A stretch of 64,000 bases of DNA from Candidatus Omnitrophota bacterium. GTDB taxonomy: Bacteria > Omnitrophota > Gorgyraeia > Zapsychrales > Zapsychraceae. Shown here piece by piece: positions 35,901 to 45,625 of the stretch. The DNA is taken from NCBI GenBank assembly GCA_029261065.1, contig JAJDCB010000024.1:102364-166363 (forward strand), written 5' to 3'. The notes beneath the pieces are model-generated. The model ran no database searches. It had not been told where the DNA came from and saw only the letters and a list, made by a program, of their open reading frames with translations. Positions within the stretch are counted from its first letter, which is position 1. Each line of letters begins with the position of its first letter. The position numbers were made by a program, and so were the translations under genes.

Positions 35901-38645
35901 TTAGTCCGTTTTAAGATTTGCTTGTTTTAATAATTTAGAAACGCAGGATAATAATCCATCACGATTAAATGGTTTGGAAAGATGTTCATCTGCACCAGCT
36001 TTTTTAGCAGAATTAATAAGACTTAACGATGTATGTGATGTTAGTAATATTATGGGAATAATAGCTGTCTCTAGGCGAGATTTCAAAATGTTGATTGCTT
36101 CAACTCCATTCATTCCCGGCATATCATAATCAATGACAATCAAATCAGGCTTTTCTTTAAAAGTAGTCACCACACCTTCTTTACCATTACTTGCCTTTAT
36201 AACACTGTATCCTGAAAATTCCAAGATTTTTACAATAATCTTTTGGACATCTTCATCATCTTCAACAACCAAGATTCGAGACCCACTACTTTTTGGTTTC
36301 TCACGCACTTGGGGCTTGATTATTTTCTTTTTCTTTTCGACAATTATTTCTTCTTTTGGTGCACTCTCCTCCGAAATAATATCTTTAACAATATTTTCTT
36401 CTGGTTCTTGAGTTTCAAAAACAATAGGTTCTTTTTCAGCTTCAACAAAAGGCACATCTTCCGAAACAATCGGTACTTCTGAAACTTCTATTTTTGACTC
36501 AAGGGCAGCCTCAAGAGCTAATTGCTCTTCATCCAAATCTATAGCATCTTCTTCATCTAACTCAACCTCATTGCTTGTTTCATTTGTTTCGATTTCCTTA
36601 TCTTCCTCTTGATTTTCAACGGCTTCTTCAGGTTCTATGGTTTGATCTTCTTTTAATATTTCAACAGGTTCTATTTTTTTTACTTTTTTAACAACTTTAG
36701 CTTTCTTTACTTCTTTGACTTCCTCAACAGCTTCCTGCGCCTCTATTTCCTCCAACTCCGCTACAGGTTCTGTTCTTTTTGGCACTTTTTTCTTTTTAAC
36801 CACTTCAATTTCTTCAGATAACTCATCGTCAATATCGTCGTTAACCTCCATAGTTCTATGTGACAGTTCAGAATCATCCTCCTCCACAGGCGGCAATGTC
36901 TCGGCCCCCTTGGTTAATGTCCCTACAGATTTTGTAACCTCTTCAAAAGTTGTAATCCCTTGAGCAATTTTCTCTATCGCAGAAATTTTTATCGCTTTAA
37001 ATCCACCCCTTATAGCTGTTTTTCTAATTAAAGCTTCATTCGATCCTTTTGCAATAATGTCTTTTAATTCTTGTGTAATTTTTAAAACCTCAAATACGGC
37101 TGTTCGTCCAAAATAACCTGAATAACCACACTGTTGACATCCATCCCCTTTATAAAATTTTGTAATATTATACTCATCGATCAAATCTTGATATTCTTCT
37201 AAATAATCAGCATCAGGCGTATATTCAACCTTACATTTGCTACAAATAACTTTTACTAACCGTTGACTAACAATTAAAATAACAGCTGAACCAATCATAT
37301 AAGGATCAATACCAATATCAGCCAATCTTGAAATTGTAGCAATGGTGCTATTGGTATGCAGAGTGGATAATACAAGATGACCTGTAATAGAAGCTTTTAA
37401 TGCTATTTCAGCCGTTTCTAAATCCCTAATTTCTCCAATAAGAATAACGTTAGGGTCTTGACGTAAAATACTTCTTAATCCAGAAGCAAACGTGACACCT
37501 CGAGCAGGATTAACTTGAATTTGATTAATCCCCTCATTAACAAATTCAACAGGATCTTCAATCGTAACAATATTGGTTGTTTCACTTTTTACATAATTTA
37601 GAGCAGCGTATAACGTAGACGTTTTACCAGATCCTGTTGGTCCTGTTACAAGAACCATGCCTTGCGGCTGAGTAATCGCTTTTTGAAAAGCATTCGCCTC
37701 TTTTTCATTAAATCCAATTTTTTCCATATCCGTCTTAGCTTCAGCAGCATCAAGAATTCTCGCTACAACTTTTTCACCGTAATACGTTGGAATCGTTGAG
37801 ATACGAAAATCCACCTTTCGTCCCTGGACAAGCAAATTAATGCGACCATCTTGAGGTTTCACATCTTGAGCGATATCTAAATTTGCCAATATTTTAATAC
37901 GCGCAATCATCTTTGAATGCACGTTTTTAGGAACCTTCATAATATTTTTTAAATCACCATCAACACGATACCTAACATCAACATTTCCTTCTCGTGGTTC
38001 TAAATGAATATCACTGGCCCTTACTTTAATCGCATCACTTAATATTAAATTGATTAATTTTACGGTGGGACTACTATTTTCTTCTGTTTCAGCAATATCA
38101 ACCGTCTGACCGCCAGACATTTCAATATGAATACCACTAGGATCTTCTTCTTGAACAGCAGCTTCAGCTTCTTCCTCAGCACTCTCATCAACAACATCAT
38201 TCATCGCATCAAATAATTTATCATTAGATTGATAATACTCTTCAATATGTGTGTTAATTTCGCTTCTTGGAGCCAAGACGGGTTTTATAGGGACATCGTA
38301 AATATATCTTAAATCATCAAGAGCAACTACATCGTGAGGATTGCTCATGGCCAAAATTAAATTATCATCTTCTAAACAAATAGGAAATACGCCATGACGT
38401 TTGGCTAATTCGTAATTCATTTTTTTAACAACTTCAGGATCCAGATTCCCATTTTCAATATGATAAACTTGCATCTTAAACAAATCAACAGAAATGTCTA
38501 ACAGCTGTTTTTCCTTAACATAGCCTAACTCTATTAAAGCTTCATGAACTGGCACTTTTAAAACTAAATGTTTTGCTTTAGCTTCTTTAAGTTGCTCTTC
38601 GCTTATTAATTGGTTTTTTAATAGTTTATCAACTAAAGATGCCAC
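35901..38645 (-). CDS. PilB/GspE-family secretion/pilus assembly ATPase fused to a C-terminal receiver domain
   Basis: MshEN-like N-domain, ASDIHLEP, GPTGSGKTS, TIEDPVE, LRQDPNVILIGEIRD, TGHLVLSTLH and CSKC/CQQC; ~200-aa acidic linker; receiver VVEDD...IVIDYDMP...LT...KPF; GTG start with GGGAGA RBS. Confidence 0.93.
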   Translation of the reverse strand: MASLVDKLLKNQLISEEQLKEAKAKHLVLKVPVHEALIELGYVKEKQLLDISVDLFKMQVYHIENGNLDPEVVKKMNYELAKRHGVFPICLEDDNLILAMSNPHDVVALDDLRYIYDVPIKPVLAPRSEINTHIEEYYQSNDKLFDAMNDVVDESAEEEAEAAVQEEDPSGIHIEMSGGQTVDIAETEENSSPTVKLINLILSDAIKVRASDIHLEPREGNVDVRYRVDGDLKNIMKVPKNVHSKMIARIKILANLDIAQDVKPQDGRINLLVQGRKVDFRISTIPTYYGEKVVARILDAAEAKTDMEKIGFNEKEANAFQKAITQPQGMVLVTGPTGSGKTSTLYAALNYVKSETTNIVTIEDPVEFVNEGINQIQVNPARGVTFASGLRSILRQDPNVILIGEIRDLETAEIALKASITGHLVLSTLHTNSTIATISRLADIGIDPYMIGSAVILIVSQRLVKVICSKCKVEYTPDADYLEEYQDLIDEYNITKFYKGDGCQQCGYSGYFGRTAVFEVLKITQELKDIIAKGSNEALIRKTAIRGGFKAIKISAIEKIAQGITTFEEVTKSVGTLTKGAETLPPVEEDDSELSHRTMEVNDDIDDELSEEIEVVKKKKVPKRTEPVAELEEIEAQEAVEEVKEVKKAKVVKKVKKIEPVEILKEDQTIEPEEAVENQEEDKEIETNETSNEVELDEEDAIDLDEEQLALEAALESKIEVSEVPIVSEDVPFVEAEKEPIVFETQEPEENIVKDIISEESAPKEEIIVEKKKKIIKPQVREKPKSSGSRILVVEDDEDVQKIIVKILEFSGYSVIKASNGKEGVVTTFKEKPDLIVIDYDMPGMNGVEAINILKSRLETAIIPIILLTSHTSLSLINSAKKAGADEHLSKPFNRDGLLSCVSKLLKQANLKTD

Positions 38646-38738
38646 AACATCTCCCTTGGGTGTAGTAACACTTATATTATGACTACAGAATATACACTCT
38701 TACTTAGTTTAGCATTCGAAGTATATTTATTGTAACTC

Positions 38739-38766
38739 ATTATACTTCATAATATTTAGCGGGCAA
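38739..38766 (-). promoter_or_regulatory. Putative sigma70 promoter upstream of the PilB-receiver gene
   Basis: Minus strand TTGCCC-N16-TATAAT. Confidence 0.45.
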
Positions 38767-38833
38767 ATGTTAAATCAGTTTTTTTATAATTTGATTTAAA
38801 ACTATTAGGTAGGATTAATAACATGTGGACAAA

Positions 38834-40219
38834 TTAATCTAAAAAATCTAACATATCTTTAACATGCACAAATTTCTCACGCGGTTTGCCTTTAGGTTGA
38901 CCACGTTTTATTTCTTCATCATCAATTTTCTTCCATTCTTCAAAATTAACGTAACGAACATTATTCTCTTTTAGTAATTCTTCAAGCATTTTATTATCAG
39001 GATTTTTACAAGGATTCAATTCTTTGAGATCATCCAATAAATGCTTTATGGTTTCTTCAGAATCTGGTTTATTCGTACCAATAATGCCAGAAGGCCCTCT
39101 TTTAATCCAACCAACAGTGTATAAACCTGGATAAATCTGCTCTGAATCAGATACGCGTCCTTCTGTATTCGGTATAATCCCAGCCTGCTCTTGAAAAGGC
39201 AAACCTGTTATCGGCACACCTCTATAACCAATACTTCTAAAAATAATGCCACACTTTAATTCTTCCTTTTCACCCGTCCCTTTTGATTTTTGATGATTAG
39301 GCTCTCCAACTAACACATTTTTCTCCAAATAAATCTTCCCAACTTTATTCTCATCATCTATTCCATAAATCGCAGCAGGACTCTTTTTAAAATGCAGAAC
39401 AAACCGTTTATTCTTTTTAGGCTCTTCTCTTTGAGCAAAATCTTCTAAAATCGAACAATTTTTCTTCTTCGGTGCATTTTTGGGATCTTCTAATTCAATT
39501 TGACTCGGATAACTTAATTCCATATCTTCTTTTCTTACGATGGGATCACAATTGGCTAGCTCGCCAAATTCTCTTAATTCGACAGGAGTAAAGGCTGCTT
39601 GCGCTGGGCCCCTTCGCCCAACGACATGAACGGTCTTGACTTTACTTTTAGATAACACATCTAAAGCATTTTGAGTGATATCCGTTTCTTTAAGTTCATC
39701 TATTGTTTTCGTCAATATTCTTGCCACATCCAACGCCACATTCCCTTGACCGATAATAACGGCTGTTTCGCAAGATAAATCAAAAACGTTTTCTTGAAAA
39801 TCTGGATGACCATTGTACCAAGCCACAAATTCTGTTGCCGTATGATTTCCCTTAAGTTCTGAGCCATGAATACCCAATTTACGATCGGTCTCAGCTCCAT
39901 TTGCAAAAACCAAAGCGTCAAAATACTTCCTTAGTTGGTGAACCGTTAAATCTACTCCAATTTCAACATTACCATAATAAAAAAATTGATCGTGAGCTGC
40001 AGTCTTTTCATATACTTTTATGACATTTTTAATCTTACTATGGTCTGGAGCGACTCCGAAACGGACAAGACCATAAGGCGTAGGTAAACGTTCAAACATG
40101 GACACAGAAATGGTTAAATCAGATTTATAAAGGGAATCTGCCGCATAGAATCCACTTGGACCACTTCCTATTATAGCAACTCTTAAAGGACGCTCTGGCG
40201 TTCCTAAATTATTTGGCAT
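38834..40219 (-). CDS. Ferredoxin-NADP+ reductase, adrenodoxin-reductase/FprA type
   Basis: IIGSGPSGFY, PYGLVRFGVAPDH, FVAWYNGHPD, IGQGNVALDVAR and GWIKRGPSG. Confidence 0.92.
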   Translation of the reverse strand: MPNNLGTPERPLRVAIIGSGPSGFYAADSLYKSDLTISVSMFERLPTPYGLVRFGVAPDHSKIKNVIKVYEKTAAHDQFFYYGNVEIGVDLTVHQLRKYFDALVFANGAETDRKLGIHGSELKGNHTATEFVAWYNGHPDFQENVFDLSCETAVIIGQGNVALDVARILTKTIDELKETDITQNALDVLSKSKVKTVHVVGRRGPAQAAFTPVELREFGELANCDPIVRKEDMELSYPSQIELEDPKNAPKKKNCSILEDFAQREEPKKNKRFVLHFKKSPAAIYGIDDENKVGKIYLEKNVLVGEPNHQKSKGTGEKEELKCGIIFRSIGYRGVPITGLPFQEQAGIIPNTEGRVSDSEQIYPGLYTVGWIKRGPSGIIGTNKPDSEETIKHLLDDLKELNPCKNPDNKMLEELLKENNVRYVNFEEWKKIDDEEIKRGQPKGKPREKFVHVKDMLDFLD

Positions 40220-40343
40220 GTATTACTCCAACGTTTTATTTGTTTGTTGATAGGCCCCTAAAATATAAGAATTTTTCGATAACAGCTTTTCTATCCTCCC
40301 ACCCCAAATCTTTATTGTCAACACACAATTATAGTTTTATTCC

Positions 40344-40371
40344 TTGACATTAAAGAGTGTTTTGTTAATCT
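40344..40371 (+). promoter_or_regulatory. Putative sigma70 promoter of the pnt operon
   Basis: TTGACA-N16-TAATCT with a TGn extended -10. Confidence 0.45.
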
Positions 40372-40419
40372 GAATCTAATTAAATTTTACTAAATGTTTA
40401 ACTTTCTGGACGTCACATT

Positions 40420-41553
40420 ATGCTTATTGGAGTACCCAAAGAGACACAACCAGGTGAAAAAAGGGTTGCCTTAGTCCCAACACAAGCTGAAAAATTAATC
40501 AAAAAAGGTTTTGATATTCAAGTTGAATCAGGCCTTGCAAGTAGTATTGGTGTTGATGATACAGCTTTTACTAAAGTTGGGGTGAAGCTCACTGATAGAA
40601 AAAATCTCTTAAAAACATCAGAACTTCTTATTCGATTACGTAAACCCGCCCTTGATGAAGTTAGTCAAATAAAAACCAATGTCCTACACATCAGCTTTCT
40701 CGATCCTTTTAACGAAAGAAAGCTTGTAGAAGAATTTGCAAAACATAACATCAGCGCCATTAGTATGGAAATGATTCCTCGGACAACTATTGCACAAAAA
40801 ATGGATGCGTTAAGCTCACAAGCTAATCTAGCAGGTTATGTCGCTGTAATTTTAGCCACTGAAAGACTAAATAAAATTTTACCCATGATGATGACACCAT
40901 CAGGGACAATCACCCCCTCTCGCGTTTTCATTATTGGGGCCGGTGTTGCTGGTTTACAGGCCATTGCTACAGCTAAAAGACTTGGAGCTCGCGTTGAAGC
41001 TTTTGACACACGCCCTGTTGTCGAAGAACAAGTACAATCTCTTGGAGCCAAATTTGTTAAAATCGATTTAGGCGATACGGGTCAAACAAAAGATGGTTAT
41101 GCGAAAGCCTTGAGTCCTGAACAAATTGAAAAACAACGTCAAGGCATGGCCAAAGTATGTGCGAATTCCGATATCGTTATAACAACGGCCCAACTATTTG
41201 GACGTAAAGCTCCTGTCATCTTATCAAAAGATATGGTGGCTCAAATGAAACCTGGAAGTATTATTATTGATATGGCTGTTGAAACAGGCGGAAACGTTGA
41301 AGGATCTAAACTAGATGAAGAGGTTGATGTCAATGGGGTTCGCATCATTGGATTAGGAAACTTACCAGGCCGCGTTGCAATCAATGCCAGTCAAATGTAT
41401 TCAAGTAATCTTTCCAATCTTATTGAAAGCTACTGGGACACAGATAAAAAGACTTTTAATCTGGATGTAACGAATGAAATAATTAAAGGTTGTCTCATTA
41501 CCCATGAAGGACAAATCATAAACGAGATGATAAAAAATCATTATAGCAAATAA
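40420..41553 (+). CDS. pntA: NAD(P) transhydrogenase alpha subunit, soluble dI part
   Basis: GVPKE...EKRVA, AQKMDALSSQANLAGY, GAGVAGLQA and GGNVE. Confidence 0.95.
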   Translation: MLIGVPKETQPGEKRVALVPTQAEKLIKKGFDIQVESGLASSIGVDDTAFTKVGVKLTDRKNLLKTSELLIRLRKPALDEVSQIKTNVLHISFLDPFNERKLVEEFAKHNISAISMEMIPRTTIAQKMDALSSQANLAGYVAVILATERLNKILPMMMTPSGTITPSRVFIIGAGVAGLQAIATAKRLGARVEAFDTRPVVEEQVQSLGAKFVKIDLGDTGQTKDGYAKALSPEQIEKQRQGMAKVCANSDIVITTAQLFGRKAPVILSKDMVAQMKPGSIIIDMAVETGGNVEGSKLDEEVDVNGVRIIGLGNLPGRVAINASQMYSSNLSNLIESYWDTDKKTFNLDVTNEIIKGCLITHEGQIINEMIKNHYSK

Positions 41554-41567
41554 TTAAGGATTTCTTT

Positions 41568-41876
41568 ATGGATGCAAATACCCTTATTTTTCTCTTCTTT
41601 ATTTTAGCCCTTTCCATTTTTCTAGGCTTTGAACTCATCTCGAAAGTACCAGCAACGTTACACACACCTCTTATGTCAGGATCGAATGCCATTTCTGGAA
41701 TAACCCTAGTTGGTGCAATCACATCAGCTGGTGGTGAAGGAAACCAGATCAGCATTCTTTTAGGCACGTTGGCCGTTTGTTTTGCTACGATTAATGTCGT
41801 TGGAGGCTATATGGTGACTGATCGGATGTTGGCTATGTTTAAGAAAAAAGATTCATCCACGGGAGATAAGAAATAA
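41568..41876 (+). CDS. NAD(P) transhydrogenase alpha subunit, membrane part (PntAB)
   Basis: LHTPLMSGSNAISG and NVVGGYMVTDRMLAMF. Confidence 0.95.
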   Translation: MDANTLIFLFFILALSIFLGFELISKVPATLHTPLMSGSNAISGITLVGAITSAGGEGNQISILLGTLAVCFATINVVGGYMVTDRMLAMFKKKDSSTGDKK

Positions 41877-41877
41877 C

Positions 41878-43242
41878 ATGGATATTTATATCAACATCAC
41901 CTATATCATTGCAGCCGTCCTTTTCATTTTTGGTTTAAAAAAATTAGGATCACCCGCCTCTGCTCGCCAAGGAAATTTAATTTCAGCTGTAGGCATGTTA
42001 TTAGCTGTGATGGCAACATTACTCACTCAAGGTTTAAGTTTTCAATGGATTGCTATTGGCTTTGGTGTTGGTGCCCTCCTAGGTATTTTTTCAGCAAGAC
42101 TTATAGCAATGACAGCGATGCCTGAGATGGTAGCTCTCCTTAATGGGACAGGCGGCATTGCAAGTTTATGTGTTGGTTGGTCCGTTTATCATTACATGCC
42201 TGATAACGATTTATTTACAAGTGTTACTATTTTTCTTTCTGTATTAATTGGTGGGGTCACCTTTACAGGGAGTATTGTTGCTTGGGGAAAATTGAGTGAA
42301 AAATTACCAGGAAAACCTATACTTTATGCAGGACAAAAATTTGTTAATATCATTATCCTTCTGGGAATTTTAAGCTGTGGCGTTTTATATTCTTTAAATC
42401 CAGCGAGCAGCTATACCCTCTTTATTATTGCCGTAATCCTATCATTACTCTTAGGGATATTAGTTGTCATCCCTATTGGTGGCGCTGATATGCCCGTCGT
42501 TATTTCTCTTTTAAATAGTTATTCTGGCATTGCCGCTTGTGCCGCTGGTTTTGTTATTCAAAATAATATTCTTATCGTCGCCGGTTCTTTAGTTGGAGCG
42601 AGTGGTATCATCTTAACGCAAATCATGTGTAAAGCCATGAATCGTTCCATAACGAATGTTTTATTTAGCGGTTTTGGATCCACGGGTTCGAAACAATCAA
42701 CGGGAATTGAAGGTGAAGTTAAACCTATTACTGTTGAAGATGCTTTTTTTATTCTGGAAGCCGCATCAAGTGTTGTTTTCATTCCAGGCTACGGTATGGC
42801 TGTTGCTCAAGCACAACATACTGTGAGAGAATTAGCTGAACTTCTTGAAAGTAATGGTGCTGAGGTTCGCTTTGCGATTCATCCTGTGGCAGGTCGAATG
42901 CCTGGACATATGAATGTTTTATTAGCTGAAGCTAACGTTTCCTATGATCAACTATTTGAAATGGATGATATTAACCCCATAATGGAAACTATGGATGTTG
43001 CTGTAGTTATTGGCGCCAATGACGTTGTCAATCCTGCCGCACGCCATGATGAAAACTCCCCTATCTATGGCATGCCCATCATTAATGCCGACAATGCCAA
43101 AACTGTTTTCGTTTTAAAACGATCCATGAATACAGGTTTTGCTGGTGTTCAAAATGAACTTTTCTTTTATGAGAATACGCGGATGTTATTTGGGGATGCT
43201 AAAGCTTCTATTCAAGGGTTGGTGGCAGAGTTTAAAGATTAG
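41878..43242 (+). CDS. pntB: NAD(P) transhydrogenase beta subunit
   Basis: IGGADMPVVISLLNSYSG, PGYGMAVAQAQ, HPVAGRMPGHMNVLLAEA and GANDVVNP. Confidence 0.97.
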   Translation: MDIYINITYIIAAVLFIFGLKKLGSPASARQGNLISAVGMLLAVMATLLTQGLSFQWIAIGFGVGALLGIFSARLIAMTAMPEMVALLNGTGGIASLCVGWSVYHYMPDNDLFTSVTIFLSVLIGGVTFTGSIVAWGKLSEKLPGKPILYAGQKFVNIIILLGILSCGVLYSLNPASSYTLFIIAVILSLLLGILVVIPIGGADMPVVISLLNSYSGIAACAAGFVIQNNILIVAGSLVGASGIILTQIMCKAMNRSITNVLFSGFGSTGSKQSTGIEGEVKPITVEDAFFILEAASSVVFIPGYGMAVAQAQHTVRELAELLESNGAEVRFAIHPVAGRMPGHMNVLLAEANVSYDQLFEMDDINPIMETMDVAVVIGANDVVNPAARHDENSPIYGMPIINADNAKTVFVLKRSMNTGFAGVQNELFFYENTRMLFGDAKASIQGLVAEFKD

Positions 43243-43634
43243 ACGCGTTTAAGACTTCTTCGTTTGGTGGTTGCATTCTTTCTCGTTGTAGCTGTATAAT
43301 TTTTGGCCGTTCTTTTTCGTTTGTAATCGGGGAAATTAATTGCGATGAGATTATGTGAGGATCGAGTTTTTTCTTCTATACGAATTATTTTGCCCATACC
43401 TTTAAAAATTTGTAAAACTCCAGACATTACAACAATTACTTCTAACGTCTCACCCGCCTTATAGTCAATTTCGGAATAAAACGACAAACCACTTAAACTC
43501 ATATCATGTGTAGTTGAAAGATGCCAAGATTTGTCAATTTTTTTTCGTCGAGATTTTGACAGACGATATTGGATACTTAAGACACGTTTGGCCCTAATTG
43601 TTGCTCTTCTTTCTTCGTTTGATGATTTAACCAT
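43239..43634 (-). CDS. PilZ domain protein with a basic C-terminal tail
   Basis: ERRATIR and DMSLSG motifs; tail KRKRTAKNYTATTRKNATTKRRSLKRV. Confidence 0.85.
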   Translation of the reverse strand: MVKSSNEERRATIRAKRVLSIQYRLSKSRRKKIDKSWHLSTTHDMSLSGLSFYSEIDYKAGETLEVIVVMSGVLQIFKGMGKIIRIEEKTRSSHNLIAINFPDYKRKRTAKNYTATTRKNATTKRRSLKRV

Positions 43635-43640
43635 AATGAT

Positions 43641-43669
43641 AGAATATAGGTATCTCTAAGTTTCGTCAA
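43641..43669 (-). promoter_or_regulatory. Putative sigma70 promoter giving a leaderless transcript
   Basis: TTGACG-N17-TATTCT, then 6 nt, then the ATG of the PilZ gene; no Shine-Dalgarno. Confidence 0.55.
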
Positions 43670-43710
43670 GGTTTATGTAGGGCTTTAATGCAATTTTAAA
43701 ATAGCCTTTG

Positions 43711-44211
43711 TTAGATATCATTTAATTCTTTAATGTCATAACGAATATCAATTTCCCTTAATTGAGAATTTTCTTTAAGAGGAATTTCATAAAGGATATG
43801 GTCAAATAAACAAATACCGAACTCTCCTTCTCGACAATAAAATAAACTAATATGGGCAAAAACTTTATTTCCAGTAAAAGACCGCTTTATACGAAAACTC
43901 TGTTTCTTTTTTTTAATGATAAACTTCTTATAAAACCGCCCCTTATCATCATAAATTTCGATATGTGGTGAGGCCTCATATAAGGGTTTATAATTTTGAG
44001 GATACGAAAATTGAAGATTTAGTTGATTAACTCGTGCTGAAATTGGGTGCGAAAAAGAAATTTTTTCACCCAAAAAATTTTCAAAATCAAAAACGAATTC
44101 TTCTTTTATATCACTTCCTTCATCGTTTGTCTTAGCTTGCACGCATGTAGTTATACATACTATGCTTAAAACAAACAAAATAATACGTGAATATGTAAAT
44201 ATTGTTTTCAT
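43711..44211 (-). CDS. Hypothetical exported protein with a C-x7-C motif
   Basis: Signal peptide; beta-rich pattern; LFYCREGEFGICLF. Confidence 0.7.
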   Translation of the reverse strand: MKTIFTYSRIILFVLSIVCITTCVQAKTNDEGSDIKEEFVFDFENFLGEKISFSHPISARVNQLNLQFSYPQNYKPLYEASPHIEIYDDKGRFYKKFIIKKKKQSFRIKRSFTGNKVFAHISLFYCREGEFGICLFDHILYEIPLKENSQLREIDIRYDIKELNDI

Positions 44212-44222
44212 GATGTAGAAAA

Positions 44223-45617
44223 TTATTGTTTTTTAGGCCTTATCATATCTTTAGGTTCTACATACTTATCAAAATCAGCTTCGCTGATATAACCTAAAGT
44301 GACTGCAGCTTCTTTGAGTGTCGTGTTTTCCTTATAGGCTTTTTTAGCAACTTCTGCGGCCTTATCATAACCAATATGGGGATTAAGAGCCGTAACGAGC
44401 ATTAAAGAGTTTCTTAAGTTTTTCTCTATATTTGCAATATTCGCCTCAATCCCTTCAACACAATTTTCTCGAAAACTATCAGAGCCATCGGCAAGCAATC
44501 GAATCGATTGTAATAAATTATAAATCATCACAGGCTTGTAAACATTTAATTCAAAATTTCCGCTAGCTCCTGCAATGCCAATGGTTGTATCATTTCCCAT
44601 GACTTGCGCACACACCATCGTTAACGCTTCGCATTGTGTGGGATTCACTTTTCCTGGCATAATGGAGCTACCAGGTTCATTTGCTGGTAATGTAATTTCT
44701 CCAATTCCACATCGTGGCCCTGATCCCAACCAGCGCACATCATTAGCGATCTTCATAAGAGATACAGCAATTGTTTTTAACGTTCCGCTAAATTCAACTA
44801 TGGCATCATGCGCCGCCAACGATTCGAATTTATTGGGAGCCGTTATAAAAGGTCTATTTGTTAACTCCGCAATTTTTTGAGCAACTGTTTGAGCAAAGTC
44901 AGGGTGCGAATTTAACCCCGTTCCTACAGCCGTTCCCCCAAGAGCTAATTCACACAAGCTTGGCAAACTTGACTCAATGCGCTTAAGAGCATTCTCTAAC
45001 TGAGTAGCATAACCAGAAAATTCGTCTCCAAGTGTTAAGGGAGTAGCATCCATTAAATGCGTACGTCCAATCTTTATAATATCTTTAAAATCGTGACTCT
45101 TTGTCTCAAAGACATCTTTTAAAGCAGACACACAAGGAATAAGGCGCGCGAATACTTCTTCTACAGCTGCAATATGCATTGCTGTTGGAAAGGTATCATT
45201 GGAGGATTGCCCTTTATTCACATCATCGTTGGGATGAATAGGATCTTTGCTTCCTAATTTTCCACCAGCTAATTCAATAGCACGATTAGCAATGACCTCA
45301 TTAGAATTCATGTTACTTTGGGTACCACTACCCGTCTGCCACACAACTAAAGGAAAATGATCATTTAGCTTTCCCTCAATCACTTCATCAGCTGCTTTTA
45401 CAATAAGATCCGCCTTCTCTTTAGAAAGAACTCCTAATTGAGCATTAACTAAAGCGGATGCTTTCTTGACAATTCCAAAGGCTTTTATCAATTCAGGAGG
45501 AAATGTTTCGCCTCCAATTTTAAAGTTTTTAAGTGAACGAGCCGTCTGTGCCCCGAAGTACATATCATTGGGAACACTAAGCTCACCCATACTATCTGTT
45601 TCAATTCGAGAATCCAT
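44223..45617 (-). CDS. fumC: Class II fumarate hydratase
   Basis: [28 protein letters not shown] and [11 protein letters not shown]. Confidence 0.98.
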   Translation of the reverse strand: MDSRIETDSMGELSVPNDMYFGAQTARSLKNFKIGGETFPPELIKAFGIVKKASALVNAQLGVLSKEKADLIVKAADEVIEGKLNDHFPLVVWQTGSGTQSNMNSNEVIANRAIELAGGKLGSKDPIHPNDDVNKGQSSNDTFPTAMHIAAVEEVFARLIPCVSALKDVFETKSHDFKDIIKIGRTHLMDATPLTLGDEFSGYATQLENALKRIESSLPSLCELALGGTAVGTGLNSHPDFAQTVAQKIAELTNRPFITAPNKFESLAAHDAIVEFSGTLKTIAVSLMKIANDVRWLGSGPRCGIGEITLPANEPGSSIMPGKVNPTQCEALTMVCAQVMGNDTTIGIAGASGNFELNVYKPVMIYNLLQSIRLLADGSDSFRENCVEGIEANIANIEKNLRNSLMLVTALNPHIGYDKAAEVAKKAYKENTTLKEAAVTLGYISEADFDKYVEPKDMIRPKKQ

Positions 45618-45625
45618 GGTTACTC

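Noticed and set aside
41553-41568. Split pntA as a pseudogene
   Set aside because: Three-subunit transhydrogenases (PntAA, PntAB, PntB) are well known, and the second part has its own AAGGA RBS and start codon.
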